Positions 32,880-44,062 of a stretch of DNA of 64,000 nt are shown piece after piece. Below the pieces are notes generated by a model, which saw nothing but the letters and a program-made list of their open reading frames with translations, searched no databases and was not told the DNA's origin. Every line of letters begins with the position of its first letter. Position 1 is the first letter of the stretch. The stretch is from an uncultured Verrucomicrobiae bacterium (GTDB lineage Bacteria > Verrucomicrobiota > Verrucomicrobiia > Chthoniobacterales > Chthoniobacteraceae), in contig CAVYKI010000010.1 of assembly GCA_963769025.1 (NCBI GenBank), forward strand, positions 448,001 through 512,000. The letters are read 5' to 3'. The position numbers and the translations under genes were made by a program.

Positions 32880-35800
32880 CTACTTCTTCTTCAGCGTGCT
32901 CAGGTACTCGACGAGGTCCACGAGGTCCTGCTGCGTGAGCGCCTGGTTGAGGCCGCTGGGCATCATCGAAGTCGCGAGCTTGTCGCGCTTGGCGATCGTG
33001 TTCTTGGCGAACTTCTGCGCGACGCCGCCGGGCAGCGCGAGGACGAGTTCGTCGTTCGTCTCGCTGCGCACGATGCCCATGCCGATGCCGCCGCCTTTCA
33101 GCGCGAGCTGCGTGGTCTCGAAGCCCATGCTCAGCCCGGCGTTCGGATTGATGATGGAATCAAAAAGCGCCTCCTTCGGGAGCTTCGTGCCGATTTCCGA
33201 GAGCGCGGGGCCGAAGTCCGCGCCCTTGTCGTCCACGCGGTGGCACGTGACGCAGCTCGACTCGGTGCGCTCGTAGATGGCGCGTCCCTTCGCTGCGTCC
33301 CCGGAAAGCTTCACGAGTTCGGAAATCGGCGGCAGCGCCTTTCCTCCCATCGCGGCAGGCGCGGGGAAAAGCGAATCAATGTCCGCCTTCAGCGACGCGT
33401 ACTGCACGAGGCGCAGCGCGCTCGCGGCGACGGGCTTCAGGTCTTCGCCCAGCTTGCCTTCCTTCGCGATTTTCAAAAGCGACTCCGCGCCGGCCTGCGT
33501 GCGGGCGAGCGCCTGCACGGCGGCTTTGCGGAGTTCGGGCTTCTGCTTCGCGTTGGTGACGAGACCGTTCAGCCGGCCCATTCCCTTGGCGTTCGATGTG
33601 GCTCCGAGGAGATTCAGCACCTCGGCGGATTTCGCGCCTTCGAGCGCCTTCGTCACGATGGCCTCCCAATCGTTTTCATTCAGCACCATCTTCATCGCCT
33701 CGACGGCGGCAGGATCGCCGCCGATGGCGAGCGCGGTGTCGAGCAACTCCTGGCCTTGGCCGTCCACACGGAAGTCGGCGACGAGTTCGACGAATCCGGC
33801 GGTGCCCTTCGCCTTCGCGAGCGCGTCGGTGAGCAGCTTCGCCATACCAGGCAAATTGCTGTTCTTGAGCCGCATCAGCGCCTCGCGCGAGACTTCGATG
33901 TTCTTCGCGCCGAGCGATGCGAGCTTCACGAGCGCCTTCTCCTTCTCCGGGGTCGCGGGGAGAAAGTCGAACGCGCGCAGGAAGCGCGACTTCTCGTTCG
34001 CGGAGACGGAATCACCTTCGAGGATGCGCGCGAGGTATTCGGGCGTCTTCGACGCGCGCACGCGCCAGATGATGTCGCGCCCGCCGGGCGTGTTCCATTT
34101 GTCACCGACCGCGGCGAGCCACGTGTCGAAGCACAGGTCTTCATTGCGCACCGAGCCGATGCCGAGCGCTTCCAGAAACCAGCGATCCTTCCCGTCGTGC
34201 TGCTGCGCGAGCGCGGCCCAGAGCTTCTCGATCTTGTGCGAGGCATGGAGTGAAAGTGCGATCTCGCGGCGGACGGCCATGCTCGGGTCGCCGAGCAGTT
34301 TCGCGACGAGCGCGCGGTCGCTGTCGAGCGGCGTGGTGTTCAGCCCGCGCGTCGCGTGCAGTTCTCGGCAAAGGCGGATGGCGAAGCAGCGCACGTCGCT
34401 GTCGGGATCATTCAGCCCGGCGGAAAGGTGCGGGATTGCGCGGTCCTTGATCTGCGAGAGCAGGCCGAGCGCGCGGGCGCGCAGCCGCGGGTTTTCGCTT
34501 TTCCAAAGCCCGAGCAGCGCAGGCTCCGCCTTCTCGCCCATCGCGTGCAGCGCGGTCCAGGCGACGGTGCGCGCGACGAGATTGGGCGACGACAGCGCGG
34601 CGACTGCGCCGGCAGCCGTGCTCACGTCCACCTTCGGCGTGGAAGCTTTGCCGCCCTCCGGCGCGACGCGGTAGATGCGGCCCATGACTTTTCCTTTCTC
34701 ATGGTCGCCCGCCGCGTGTCCGCCCACGCCCGGATCGTACCAGTCGGCGACGAAGAGCGAGCCATCCGGCGCGATCGCGACATCGCTCGGGCGGTACCAC
34801 GAATCCGTCGAGGTGAGAATGTCCACCATCTCGGCGGAGTAGCCCGCGCCGTCCGGCTTCACCGGATACGCGCGCACGATGCGCGGCCCGGCGTCGCAGT
34901 GGATGACTTGATTCGTGAACGGCGCCCCGAGCAGTGTGCCTTCGTTCACGAGGATGCCGGTTGGCGAACCCGCGCCGGTCTGGAGCAGATTCGGCACGAC
35001 TCCCGGGTCGTTGAGGTGCCAGTGCTGCTTCGGGATTTCCGTCTCGATGTTCGTGCGCTTCGTGCGCCAGCCGGCGCCGGTCATCTCGTCGGTGTAGCCG
35101 TAGTTGCCGTAGTCCATCACGTAGTTGATGCGCACGCCCTTGTTGCCGTCGTCGTCGTTGTCGCTCTGCCACATCGTGCCGAAGGAATCCACGGCCACCT
35201 CGTAGTTGTTGCGGAAGTTGTGGCCGAGCGTCTCGATGTTCGCGAGCTTGCCGTTCACGAGATCGCAGCGGAACACCATGCCCTGCCGGTAAGGCTTGCC
35301 GCTCGCGTTCACCTCGTTGCCGAGGATGTCCTTCACCGGCGAGCCATCGGGCCACATGAGTTTCTGAAACTCATTCCCGCAGTTGAAATACAGCTTTCCC
35401 TCGGGGCCGAACACGAACGCGTGGACCTGATGATCGTGGTGGAGATTTCCTCCGACTTTCAAAATGATCTCCGCCTTGTCCGCCTTGTCATCGCCATCCG
35501 TGTCCGTGAGCAGCCACACATTCGGCGCGGAACTCACAATGACCTGCGTCCCCTTCTTCGCGCCGCCGGGCCCGGGCAGCACGCAGATGCCGAGTGCATT
35601 CTTGTGCTCCGTGCTCTGGTGAAACGTGATCTCCTTGTCCGCGAGGCCGTCACCGTTCGTGTCTTCGAGAATCACCACGCGATCGCCCTCGGGACGCAGA
35701 TCGGTCCACTTGCGGTAATTGACATTCTCGGTCGCCCAAACGCGGCCGGTGTGATCGATCTCGATGTTCGTGGGGTTTTGGATCATCGGCTCCGCCGCGA

Positions 35801-36428
35801 AGAGCGACGCCTTCAGCCCGGCGGGCGTGGTGAAATTCGTCATCGCCTTTTTTGCCGCGTCGAGGCCGTAGCGTTCCTCGTTGGTCTTGCCGTCGCCGCC
35901 CTGCGAAACATTCAGCAGCTTGCGCGGCGGTTCCTCGTTGAACGCGAAGAACTGCGCCGAACCTCCGCCCTGATCGGTGCCGCCGTTGTCGATTCCGCAC
36001 GCGGACTCAAACGCAACCACCCCCGGCGGCAGATCGAATGCGAGCATCGCGGGCGCATGCGTGCCGAATCCGAACGCGACCGGCTTGCCCTCGACGCGCA
36101 TCGGCTTCCCGCCGGCATTCGCGTTCACGCCGAGCTTGCCGAAGCCGACCTGCGCGGACTTCGGCTTCAATTCGGTGAGTTTGATCTTCGAGCCGTCGGC
36201 CTTCACGAGCACCGGCTCCATCCAGTTCGCCCAATCGGCCATGATGCCGTCGCCGCCGTCCGTCACGACGAGGAAAAGTTCGCGCGCGCCCTTAAGGTCG
36301 GCGCTGAGCTTTGCGGGCTGCTTGGAAATGATCGCGGTCTTCGCGATGGGCTCCACGGTTTTCGGCGCTGCGAAAACGGGGAGGGAAATGAGTGCGGCTG
36401 CGGAGGCGAGGAGGATTCGAGGGTGCAT
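32880..36428 (-). CDS. PVC-type heme-binding CxxCH protein (NPCBM + GSDH-like propeller + HEAT repeats + cytochrome c)
   Basis: NPCBM-like LVVTDGGDG..DWANW and GFGTHA; FAAEPMIQNP, DRVVILEDTNGDG, VADWYD; CVTCH, GPALS, SMMP. Confidence 0.9.
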   Translation of the reverse strand: MHPRILLASAAALISLPVFAAPKTVEPIAKTAIISKQPAKLSADLKGARELFLVVTDGGDGIMADWANWMEPVLVKADGSKIKLTELKPKSAQVGFGKLGVNANAGGKPMRVEGKPVAFGFGTHAPAMLAFDLPPGVVAFESACGIDNGGTDQGGGSAQFFAFNEEPPRKLLNVSQGGDGKTNEERYGLDAAKKAMTNFTTPAGLKASLFAAEPMIQNPTNIEIDHTGRVWATENVNYRKWTDLRPEGDRVVILEDTNGDGLADKEITFHQSTEHKNALGICVLPGPGGAKKGTQVIVSSAPNVWLLTDTDGDDKADKAEIILKVGGNLHHDHQVHAFVFGPEGKLYFNCGNEFQKLMWPDGSPVKDILGNEVNASGKPYRQGMVFRCDLVNGKLANIETLGHNFRNNYEVAVDSFGTMWQSDNDDDGNKGVRINYVMDYGNYGYTDEMTGAGWRTKRTNIETEIPKQHWHLNDPGVVPNLLQTGAGSPTGILVNEGTLLGAPFTNQVIHCDAGPRIVRAYPVKPDGAGYSAEMVDILTSTDSWYRPSDVAIAPDGSLFVADWYDPGVGGHAAGDHEKGKVMGRIYRVAPEGGKASTPKVDVSTAAGAVAALSSPNLVARTVAWTALHAMGEKAEPALLGLWKSENPRLRARALGLLSQIKDRAIPHLSAGLNDPDSDVRCFAIRLCRELHATRGLNTTPLDSDRALVAKLLGDPSMAVRREIALSLHASHKIEKLWAALAQQHDGKDRWFLEALGIGSVRNEDLCFDTWLAAVGDKWNTPGGRDIIWRVRASKTPEYLARILEGDSVSANEKSRFLRAFDFLPATPEKEKALVKLASLGAKNIEVSREALMRLKNSNLPGMAKLLTDALAKAKGTAGFVELVADFRVDGQGQELLDTALAIGGDPAAVEAMKMVLNENDWEAIVTKALEGAKSAEVLNLLGATSNAKGMGRLNGLVTNAKQKPELRKAAVQALARTQAGAESLLKIAKEGKLGEDLKPVAASALRLVQYASLKADIDSLFPAPAAMGGKALPPISELVKLSGDAAKGRAIYERTESSCVTCHRVDDKGADFGPALSEIGTKLPKEALFDSIINPNAGLSMGFETTQLALKGGGIGMGIVRSETNDELVLALPGGVAQKFAKNTIAKRDKLATSMMPSGLNQALTQQDLVDLVEYLSTLKKK

Positions 36429-36591
36429 GGTGGGGTGATAACCGGGATTGGGGCGCGGACTTTGGCAGGGAGGAGGCGAGGTGGAAGCCCGCAGTTTGCG
36501 CGCAAAGAAATCTGTCGAGGGGAACCGCACTTCCCGATTGCGCTGTCCGTCCGCGTTTGCACGATGCGCGCTCTTTTCCACAAAACCGCAC

Positions 36592-38872
36592 ATGCTCGAA
36601 AAACACGTCCTCATCATCGCCACGGAACTCGGTATCACTGCGCGGCAGGTCGCGGCGACGGCGGTGCTGATCGAGGAGGGTGGCACGGTGCCGTTCATCG
36701 CGCGCTACCGCAAGGAGCGCACAGGCGAGCTGGACGAGGTGAAGATTACGTCCATCCGCGACCGGCTGGAGCAGCTCGGCGAACTCGACAAGCGCCGCGA
36801 GAGCATCGCGAAATCGCTCGAAGAGCGGAAACTTCTGACGCTGGAGCTGAAGACGAAAATCGACAACGCCGCGACGCTGAACGCGCTGGAGGATCTCTAC
36901 GCGCCTTTCCGTCCGAAGAAGCGCACGCGCGCGACGATGGCGCGCGAGAAGGGGCTGGAGCCGCTGTCGGAATTGCTGTGGGCGCAGGACGCCGACGCTC
37001 GATCCCGTCGCGGCGGCGCGCGAGTACGTCGGCCGCGAGTGGGCGATGGATGACAAGAAGGGGAAATTTGAAACGCCCGACGAGGCGCTCGCCGGTGCAC
37101 GGGACATCATCGCGGAGCGCATTTCCGACGATGCAACTGCGCGTGCGAAGCTGCGCGAGCTCTACGCGGCGAAGGGTGTGATCAAATCGAAAGTGCTCAC
37201 GGGCAAGGAGGAGGAGGGCGCGAAGTTCAAGGACTACTTCGACTGGAGCGAACCGGCGGCGACCGCGCCGTCGCACCGCATCCTCGCGATCCGCCGCGGC
37301 GAGGCCGAGGGCTTCCTGCTTTCGCGGCTCACGCCGCCGGAGGAGGACGCGCTGGCGATCCTCGAACATCTCTTCCTGAAGAACAAATCCGCCGCGTCCC
37401 TGCAGGTGCGCGAGGCGGTGCATGACAGCTACAAGCGGCTGCTCGGTTTCGCGATGGAGGGCGAGGCGCGGCTGGCGTTCAAGAAGAAGGCGGACGAGGA
37501 GGCGATCCGGGTGTTCGCGGGGAATCTCCGCGAGCTGCTGCTCGCGCCCGCGCTCGGGCAGAAGGCGATGCTCGCGATCGATCCGGGATTCCGCACGGGC
37601 TGCAAAGTCGTGGTGCTGGACCAGCAGGGGAAGCTGATCGGCAACGACGTGATTTATCCCGAGAAGAGCGAGCGCGAGAAGGACGAGGCGGTGGGTCTCG
37701 TGAAGGCGTGCGTGAAGAAATACAACGTCGAGGCCATCGCCGTCGGCAACGGCACGGGCGGGCGCGAGACGGAGGCATTCCTCCGTTCGCTCGGGCTGCC
37801 CTCGACCATCCAGATCGTGATGGTGAATGAGAGCGGCGCGTCCATTTACTCGGCGAGCGAGGCGGGGCGGGAGGAGTTTCCGAACCACGACATCACCGTG
37901 CGCGGCGCGGTGAGCATCGGGCGGCGGCTCATGGACCCGCTCGCGGAACTCGTGAAGCTCGACCCGAAGAGCATCGGCGTCGGGCAATATCAGCACGACG
38001 TGGATCAGCCGGCGCTGAAGCGTTCGCTCGACGACGTGGTCGTCTCCGCGGTGAACAACGTCGGCGTGGAACTGAACACCGCGAGCAAGCATCTGCTCGC
38101 CTACGTCTCCGGGCTGAATTCGCGCGTCGCGGGCAACATCGTCGCACACCGCGACGAGAACGGGCCGTTCAAGTCGCGCAAGGAACTGCTGAAGGTCGCC
38201 GGTCTCGGGCCGAAGGCATTCGAGCAGGCCGCGGGATTCCTGCGCATCCGCGGCGGCGAGCATCCGCTCGACGCATCGGCGGTGCATCCGGAGCGGTATC
38301 CGCTCGTGGAAAAAATGGCGGCGGACATCGGCTCGACCGTCAGCGATCTCGTGAACGACTCGGCGAAGCGCAGCCGCATTGACCTGAAAAAATACGCGAC
38401 CGACGAGGTCGGGCTGCCGACGCTGAATGACATCGTGAAGGAACTCGCGAAACCGGGACGCGATCCGCGAAAGCAATTCGAGGTCATGCAATTTTCCGCG
38501 GACGTCCACACGATGAACGACCTGAAGCCCGGCATGAAGCTGCCCGGCATCGTCACGAACGTCACGGCGTTCGGCGCGTTCGTGGACATCGGCGTGCATC
38601 AGGACGGGCTCGTGCATGTGAGCCAGCTTGCGGACACTTTCGTGAAGAACGCCGCGGACGTCGTGAAACCGGGGCAGAAGGTGAACGTGACCGTCGTCGA
38701 GGTGGACATCCCGCGGAAACGCATCGCGCTCTCGATGAAGGCGGTCGTCGTCGCGGGCAAGCCGGGCGAGCGGAAACCCGAGGCGGGCAAACGCGATCTC
38801 GAACGCCACACGGGAGGGGCGAAGCCCGCGCCCGCGGTGGACTGGTTCACGCTGGCGCAGCAGAAAAAATAG
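36592..38872 (+). CDS. tex: Tex/YhgF transcription accessory protein with S1 domain; frameshift about 37010
   Basis: GTVPFIARYRKE, IDPGFRTGCK, VNESGASIYSAS, IGVGQYQHD, FGAFVDIGVHQDGLVHVS. Confidence 0.95.
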
Positions 38873-38940
38873 CGCCCGACCCTTTACGCGAAGTTCCGTG
38901 CTCGCCAGCGGCGCGGCTTTTTGCTGAGTGACGCGCGCCG

Positions 38941-39513
38941 ATGATCCCCGCCGACCTCCTCCTGCACGCCTACCGCAGCGGTGCGTTCCCGATGGCGACG
39001 CCCGGTGGCGAGATCGCATGGTTTTCGCCGGACCCGCGGGCGTTGATCCCGCTGGATGAGCGCTTCCACATTCCCCACGGCCTGCAACGGACGCTGAAGA
39101 AGAACGCTTTCGAGATTCGCATCAACACGGTGTTTGAGGAAGTCATGCGCGGCTGCGCGACGCGCGACGAGACGTGGATCAACCGCGAGGTGTTCGAGAG
39201 CTATGTGAACCTGCACCAGCTCGGCCATGCGCATTCCGTGGAGGCGTGGCGGGAGGGGCGCCTCGCGGGCGGGCTTTACGGCGTGGCCGTTGCCGGGGCG
39301 TTCTTTGGCGAGAGCATGTTCCACCGGGAGACGGATGCTTCAAAGGTGGCGCTCGTTGGTCTCGTCGATCGGCTGCGTTGCCGGGGATTCAAGCTGCTCG
39401 ACACGCAGTGGAGCACGCGGCACCTGCGCACTTTCGGCACCATCGAGATTCCGCGGGCGAAATACATCCGCCTGCTGAAGGACGCGCTGGCGGTGGAATG
39501 CAGCTTTGTGTGA
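38941..39513 (+). CDS. aat: Leucyl/phenylalanyl-tRNA-protein transferase
   Basis: AYRSGAFPM, WFSPDPRA, TWIN, HSVEAW, GGLYG, FFGESMF, DASKVAL. Confidence 0.95.
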   Translation: MIPADLLLHAYRSGAFPMATPGGEIAWFSPDPRALIPLDERFHIPHGLQRTLKKNAFEIRINTVFEEVMRGCATRDETWINREVFESYVNLHQLGHAHSVEAWREGRLAGGLYGVAVAGAFFGESMFHRETDASKVALVGLVDRLRCRGFKLLDTQWSTRHLRTFGTIEIPRAKYIRLLKDALAVECSFV

Positions 39514-39523
39514 TCCCGGAGCC

Positions 39524-40195
39524 TCAGGGGGTCGTCGTGGTCTCGTACATCGGATCCCACCGCTGCTTTTCGAGCTCAGTGCCGTTTGCCGTGTATTTGC
39601 TCCACTGCATCTGCTCGACATGACCGTCGGCAAAAAGCACGTTGATGGCCTTGCGCGACTCGTGCGTTCCCAAGTCCGTGCCGGTGGGCTTGGTGAGTTT
39701 CAAGGCGTCGTTGCCGGCATCCGATTTCGCAGCGGCCTTGAATTTTACCGTCTTCCCCGTCACCGCAGTGTCCACCAGCGGCGCGGCGAGGACGACGGAG
39801 GAATCCGATCCCTTCCATTTTCCCTTGAACGTATCGAACGTTTTTTCGCTCAGGCCGTAGCTGATCGGCACCGGGGGCGTGTCGGTCTTCGGGCGGTCCT
39901 TGGACGGCTTGTCGAAGGGCGACCGGAATGCCTTCCAATCCTTCACGTACTTCGCCTGCAGGAGATTCGGCCAGTTGGTGGCAGCGCTCCCGTTCATGGA
40001 GAACATGGAGTCATCGTTGTCGTTCAGGTACATGATGAGGCCCTTGCCGAGGCTCGAGAGGTTGTTTTTGTCCTCGGTCGCCCGCCCACGTTCCATCGCG
40101 GAGGTGAAGACTGGAAGTGCGAGGCCGGCGAGAATCGCGATGATCGAGATGACGACGAGCAGTTCGATGAGGGTGAAGGCGTGAAGTTTTTTCAT
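39524..40195 (-). CDS. Prepilin-type N-terminal cleavage/methylation protein with H-X9-DG C-terminal motif
   Basis: AFTLIELLVVISIIAILAGL; HESRKAINVLFADGHVE. Confidence 0.9.
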   Translation of the reverse strand: MKKLHAFTLIELLVVISIIAILAGLALPVFTSAMERGRATEDKNNLSSLGKGLIMYLNDNDDSMFSMNGSAATNWPNLLQAKYVKDWKAFRSPFDKPSKDRPKTDTPPVPISYGLSEKTFDTFKGKWKGSDSSVVLAAPLVDTAVTGKTVKFKAAAKSDAGNDALKLTKPTGTDLGTHESRKAINVLFADGHVEQMQWSKYTANGTELEKQRWDPMYETTTTP

Positions 40196-40332
40196 CGTTT
40201 CAATGGGGTGCCCGAGACTACGGGCGGCACCGGAAAAAGCACGCGCTGATTTCCGGGAATGCCCGCTGCGCGACATTTCACCGGAATGTCGATTGTCGGC
40301 AGGCACGTGCTCCGCTATCCCCACGCGCTTCC

Positions 40333-41421
40333 ATGAAACGCATCCTCATCCTGACGGCCGGATACGGCGAAGGGCACAACGCCGCAGCGCGCGGCCTCGC
40401 TGCCGCCGTCGCCGAAACCGGCGCGGTCGCGGAGGTGCGGGACCTTTTCATGGAGACCTATGGGAGCCGGCAGCGGTTCTCGCAGCGGCTCTACATCGAA
40501 TGCATCAACCGCGCCGCGCCGCTGTGGGCGATGGTCTATCGCGCACTGGATCGCACGCCGCTCATGAAGATGATCCTGCCCACGCTCGGCGCGCTGAGGC
40601 GTAAATTGGCGCATGTCCTTGAGGAAACGCAGCCGTTCGCCGTCGCGTCCGTCTATCCGGTGTACGGCTGGCTGCTGGATCGGATTTATCCGGATGGCAC
40701 GCTGCCCTTCCGCTCGCACACCATCGTGACGGACAGCATCACGGTGAACGCCGTGTGGCTGGGGTTTCGCTCGGATTCCTGGATCGTGCCAAACGAGGCG
40801 ACTGCGGAGGTGGTGCGCGCGGGCGTTCCGCCGGAGCGCGTGCATGCGCTGGGCTTTCCCGTGCCGATGAAATTTGCCGACTCGAAAATCGTGCGCAAAC
40901 CGCCGGGCAATGGCGAGCCGCTGCGGGTTTTTTACATGGTCAATCACGGCCATTCCGTCGCCGCGCGCCTCACCGGGCGCCTGCTGGAGATCCCCGGCAT
41001 CCGGCTCACCGTGGCGTATGGAAAGGACGAGTCCGTCGGCCGCGAAATCGCCGCGGCGGCGAAGTCGGCGGGTCGTGAGATCGAGCTGCACGGGTGGACG
41101 CCACGCGTGCCGGAGCTGCTGATGGAAAATCACATCCTCATCGGCAAGGCGGGCGGCGCCGCGACGCAGGAAGCCATCGCCGCGAAGACCCCGATGATCA
41201 TCACCAAAGCCGTGCCCGGGCAGGAGGAGGGAAACGCGCGCCTGATCGTCGAAAACGGATGCGGCGCGCTTTGCGAAACGGACGATGCCATCGCGGATGC
41301 CGTGGCGCTCGCCGCCGAAAACAACTCCGCGCTCTGGCATCGCTGGCACGCCGCGATCTCCGTCCTGTCGCGTCCGAACGCATCCCGCGACATCGCGCGT
41401 TTCATCCTCACGGCGGGCTGA
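40333..41421 (+). CDS. MGDG synthase/UgtP-like glycosyltransferase (GT28)
   Basis: ILILTAGYGEGHNAAA, IVTD, GKAGGAA..EA, PGQEEGNA. Confidence 0.88.
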   Translation: MKRILILTAGYGEGHNAAARGLAAAVAETGAVAEVRDLFMETYGSRQRFSQRLYIECINRAAPLWAMVYRALDRTPLMKMILPTLGALRRKLAHVLEETQPFAVASVYPVYGWLLDRIYPDGTLPFRSHTIVTDSITVNAVWLGFRSDSWIVPNEATAEVVRAGVPPERVHALGFPVPMKFADSKIVRKPPGNGEPLRVFYMVNHGHSVAARLTGRLLEIPGIRLTVAYGKDESVGREIAAAAKSAGREIELHGWTPRVPELLMENHILIGKAGGAATQEAIAAKTPMIITKAVPGQEEGNARLIVENGCGALCETDDAIADAVALAAENNSALWHRWHAAISVLSRPNASRDIARFILTAG

Positions 41422-41468
41422 GGATATCGCCGCGTTTTACTCCAACCCTCAACATTCAACGCCCAACT

Positions 41469-42074
41469 GTGATCCGCGCCTTCCTCTTCGACATCGGGAA
41501 CGTCCTCGTCCGTTTCGACTTCGCCCGTGCAGCCCGCGCCGTGGCTCCGCTGTGCGATGTCGCCGATGCGGCGGAAGTGCTCCAGCGGATGGACTCGGTG
41601 AAATTTGGATACGAGGACGGACAGGTCACGCGCCGCGCATTCCTGCAGAAGGCTTCCGAGGTGCTCGGCTTCCGCGGCAGCGAGGCGCAGTTCATCGCGG
41701 CGTGGCAGGGGATTTTTTGGGAGAATGAGCCGATGACATCGCTCGTGCGCACGCTGCACGGCAAGTTTCCGCTCTTCCTGCTGAGCAACACGAATGACAT
41801 GCACGTCGAGGGACTGTTCCGCGATTTTCCGGTCTTCGCGCACTTCACCGGCGCCACGTACTCGCATGAGGCGCAGGCTTCGAAGCCGCATCGCGACATC
41901 TACGAAATCGCCTGCCGCACGCACGGCCTCGACCCGCGGGCGACGTTCTTCATCGACGATCTCGCCGCGAACATCGCGACTGCGAGGGAACTCGGCTTCC
42001 ACGCGCACCACTACCATCATGACCGTCACGGCGAACTCCTCGCCGCCGTGCGCGCAGCCGGCGTGGATGTCTAA
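41469..42074 (+). CDS. HAD-family phosphatase (YihX-like)
   Basis: FDIGNVL, LLSNTN, SKP, FFIDD...NI. Confidence 0.88.
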   Translation: MIRAFLFDIGNVLVRFDFARAARAVAPLCDVADAAEVLQRMDSVKFGYEDGQVTRRAFLQKASEVLGFRGSEAQFIAAWQGIFWENEPMTSLVRTLHGKFPLFLLSNTNDMHVEGLFRDFPVFAHFTGATYSHEAQASKPHRDIYEIACRTHGLDPRATFFIDDLAANIATARELGFHAHHYHHDRHGELLAAVRAAGVDV

Positions 42075-42120
42075 CGGCACTCGACACCGTGCGTCACGCC
42101 GCTCAATCTCGCGCCCACTC

Positions 42121-42300
42121 ATGAAAGCTATTCTCCTTCTGCTCGCCAGCGTCACGGCTGTGGCGCTCACCGGTTGCGAATCCGACGTCCCGCGCGATCC
42201 CAACCGCCCGGCCGTCAGCTTTGGCAATGACCAGTTCCGCGACGAGGGGCTCGACCGTCCAGCCGCACCTGCCATCAGTCGCGAGAGGACCGTCTGGTAG
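42121..42300 (+). CDS. Small lipoprotein
   Basis: MKAILLLLASVTAVALTGC lipobox, 59 aa. Confidence 0.7.
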   Translation: MKAILLLLASVTAVALTGCESDVPRDPNRPAVSFGNDQFRDEGLDRPAAPAISRERTVW

Positions 42301-42306
42301 CGCGTC

Positions 42307-43888
42307 ATGGCCGGCCATTCCCGCGTCGTCATCCTCGATTTCGGTTCGCAGTACACCCAGGTCATCGCGCGGCGGATCCGCGAGTGCCAGGTCTATTCGC
42401 AGATCCTCCCGCACGACACGCCCGCGAAGGAAATCGCGGCGCTAAATCCGAAGGGCATCATCCTCAGCGGCGGCCCTTCGTCCGTGTATGCAAAGGACGC
42501 GCCGCATCCCGACCGCGCGATTTTCTCCCTCGGGCTGCCCGTCCTCGGCATCTGCTACGGCGTGCAGCTCATGGCGCATTTCCTCGGCGGCAAGGTGGAG
42601 CACGGCGGGAAGCGCGAGTACGGCCACGGCCAGCTCAAGCTGACCCACAAGTGCGCGCTCTTCGACGGGCTCGGCAAGGCGATGGACGTCTGGAATTCGC
42701 ACGGCGACAAGCTCACCAAACTCCCGCGCGGCTTCCGCGCCATCGGCCGCACGGACAATTCGCCGTTCGCCGTCATCGAGGATCCGAAGCGCCATTTCTA
42801 CGGGCTGCAGTTCCACCCCGAGGTCGTCCACACGCCGCGCGGCAAGGAGCTGCTGGAAAATTTCGTGTATGAAATCTGCGGCGCGCCGCCGGACTGGACG
42901 ATGGGTTCCTTCATCGAGGAAACGTGCGCCGGCATCCGCGCGAAAGTCGGCGGCGATCACGTCATCCTCGGCCTGAGCGGCGGCGTGGACAGTTCGGTGG
43001 CTGCGGCGCTCCTGCACAAGGCGATCGGCGACCAGCTCACGTGCGTCTTTGTGAACAACGGCGTGCTCCGCGCGAACGAAGCCGAGGCCGTGCAGCGCAT
43101 CTTCGGCGAGCATTTCAAAATCAAGCTCAAGTACGTGGACGCCAGCGCGCGCTTTTTGAAGAAGCTCAAGGGCGTCACCGACCCGGAGAAGAAGCGGAAG
43201 ATCATCGGCAACGAGTTCGTCTATGTCTTCGACGACGCCGTGAAGGCGCTGGCGGTTGGCAAGGGCACGAAATCCAAAGCTGCCGGCGCCCCAATTCAAA
43301 TGGCTCGCGCAGGGCACGCTTTATCCGGACGTCATCGAGAGCGTGGCCATCGCCGGCAATCCCGCGGCGCTCATCAAGAGCCATCACAACGTCGGCGGCC
43401 TGCCGAAGAACATGAAACTCAAGCTGCTCGAGCCGCTGCGCGAACTGTTCAAGGACGAGGTCCGCGAAGTCGGCGCACAGCTCGGCCTGCCGAAGGAAAT
43501 CGTGCAGCGCCAGCCCTTCCCCGGCCCCGGCCTCGCCGTGCGCATCCTCGGCGACATCACCGCGGAACGCCTGCGCGTGTTGCGCGAGGCGGACACGATC
43601 GTGGTCAGCGAAATGAAGGCGAGCGATTGGTATTACAAAGTGTGGCAGTCCTTCGCCGTGCTGCTCCCGATCAAGAGCGTCGGCGTGATGGGCGACGAGC
43701 GGACCTACGAGGACACCTGCGCCGTGCGCGTCGTCGAGAGCCAGGACGGCATGACCGCCGATTGGGTCCGCCTGCCCTACGACCTGCTCGCGCGCATCAG
43801 CAGCCGCATCGTGAACGAGGTGAAGGGCATCAACCGCTGCGTCTTCGACATCACCTCGAAGCCGCCCGGCACGATCGAGTGGGAATAG
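42307..43888 (+). CDS. guaA: GMP synthase (glutamine-hydrolysing); frameshift about 43280
   Basis: [54 protein letters not shown]. Confidence 0.97.
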
Positions 43889-44062
43889 CCCGCCTCGCAT
43901 TTTCGCGCGACGCGCATCCGGCGAACTGAACGCCCTCAAATCCTCGGCTTGAGGAGGCAGCGGATTCCAAATCACCTCAGCGACGCGTGAAGCAACACGC
44001 CGGACCCTCCGGCTTTCACCCTTGCGGGATGCCGGTTTCCGCCGAAGATGCGCGCCCTCGGC

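Noticed and set aside
42307..43888. Programmed frameshifting or pseudogene status for guaA and the other split genes
   Set aside because: No consistent slippery sites, housekeeping genes are affected and the indels are often compensating, so assembly error is more parsimonious.
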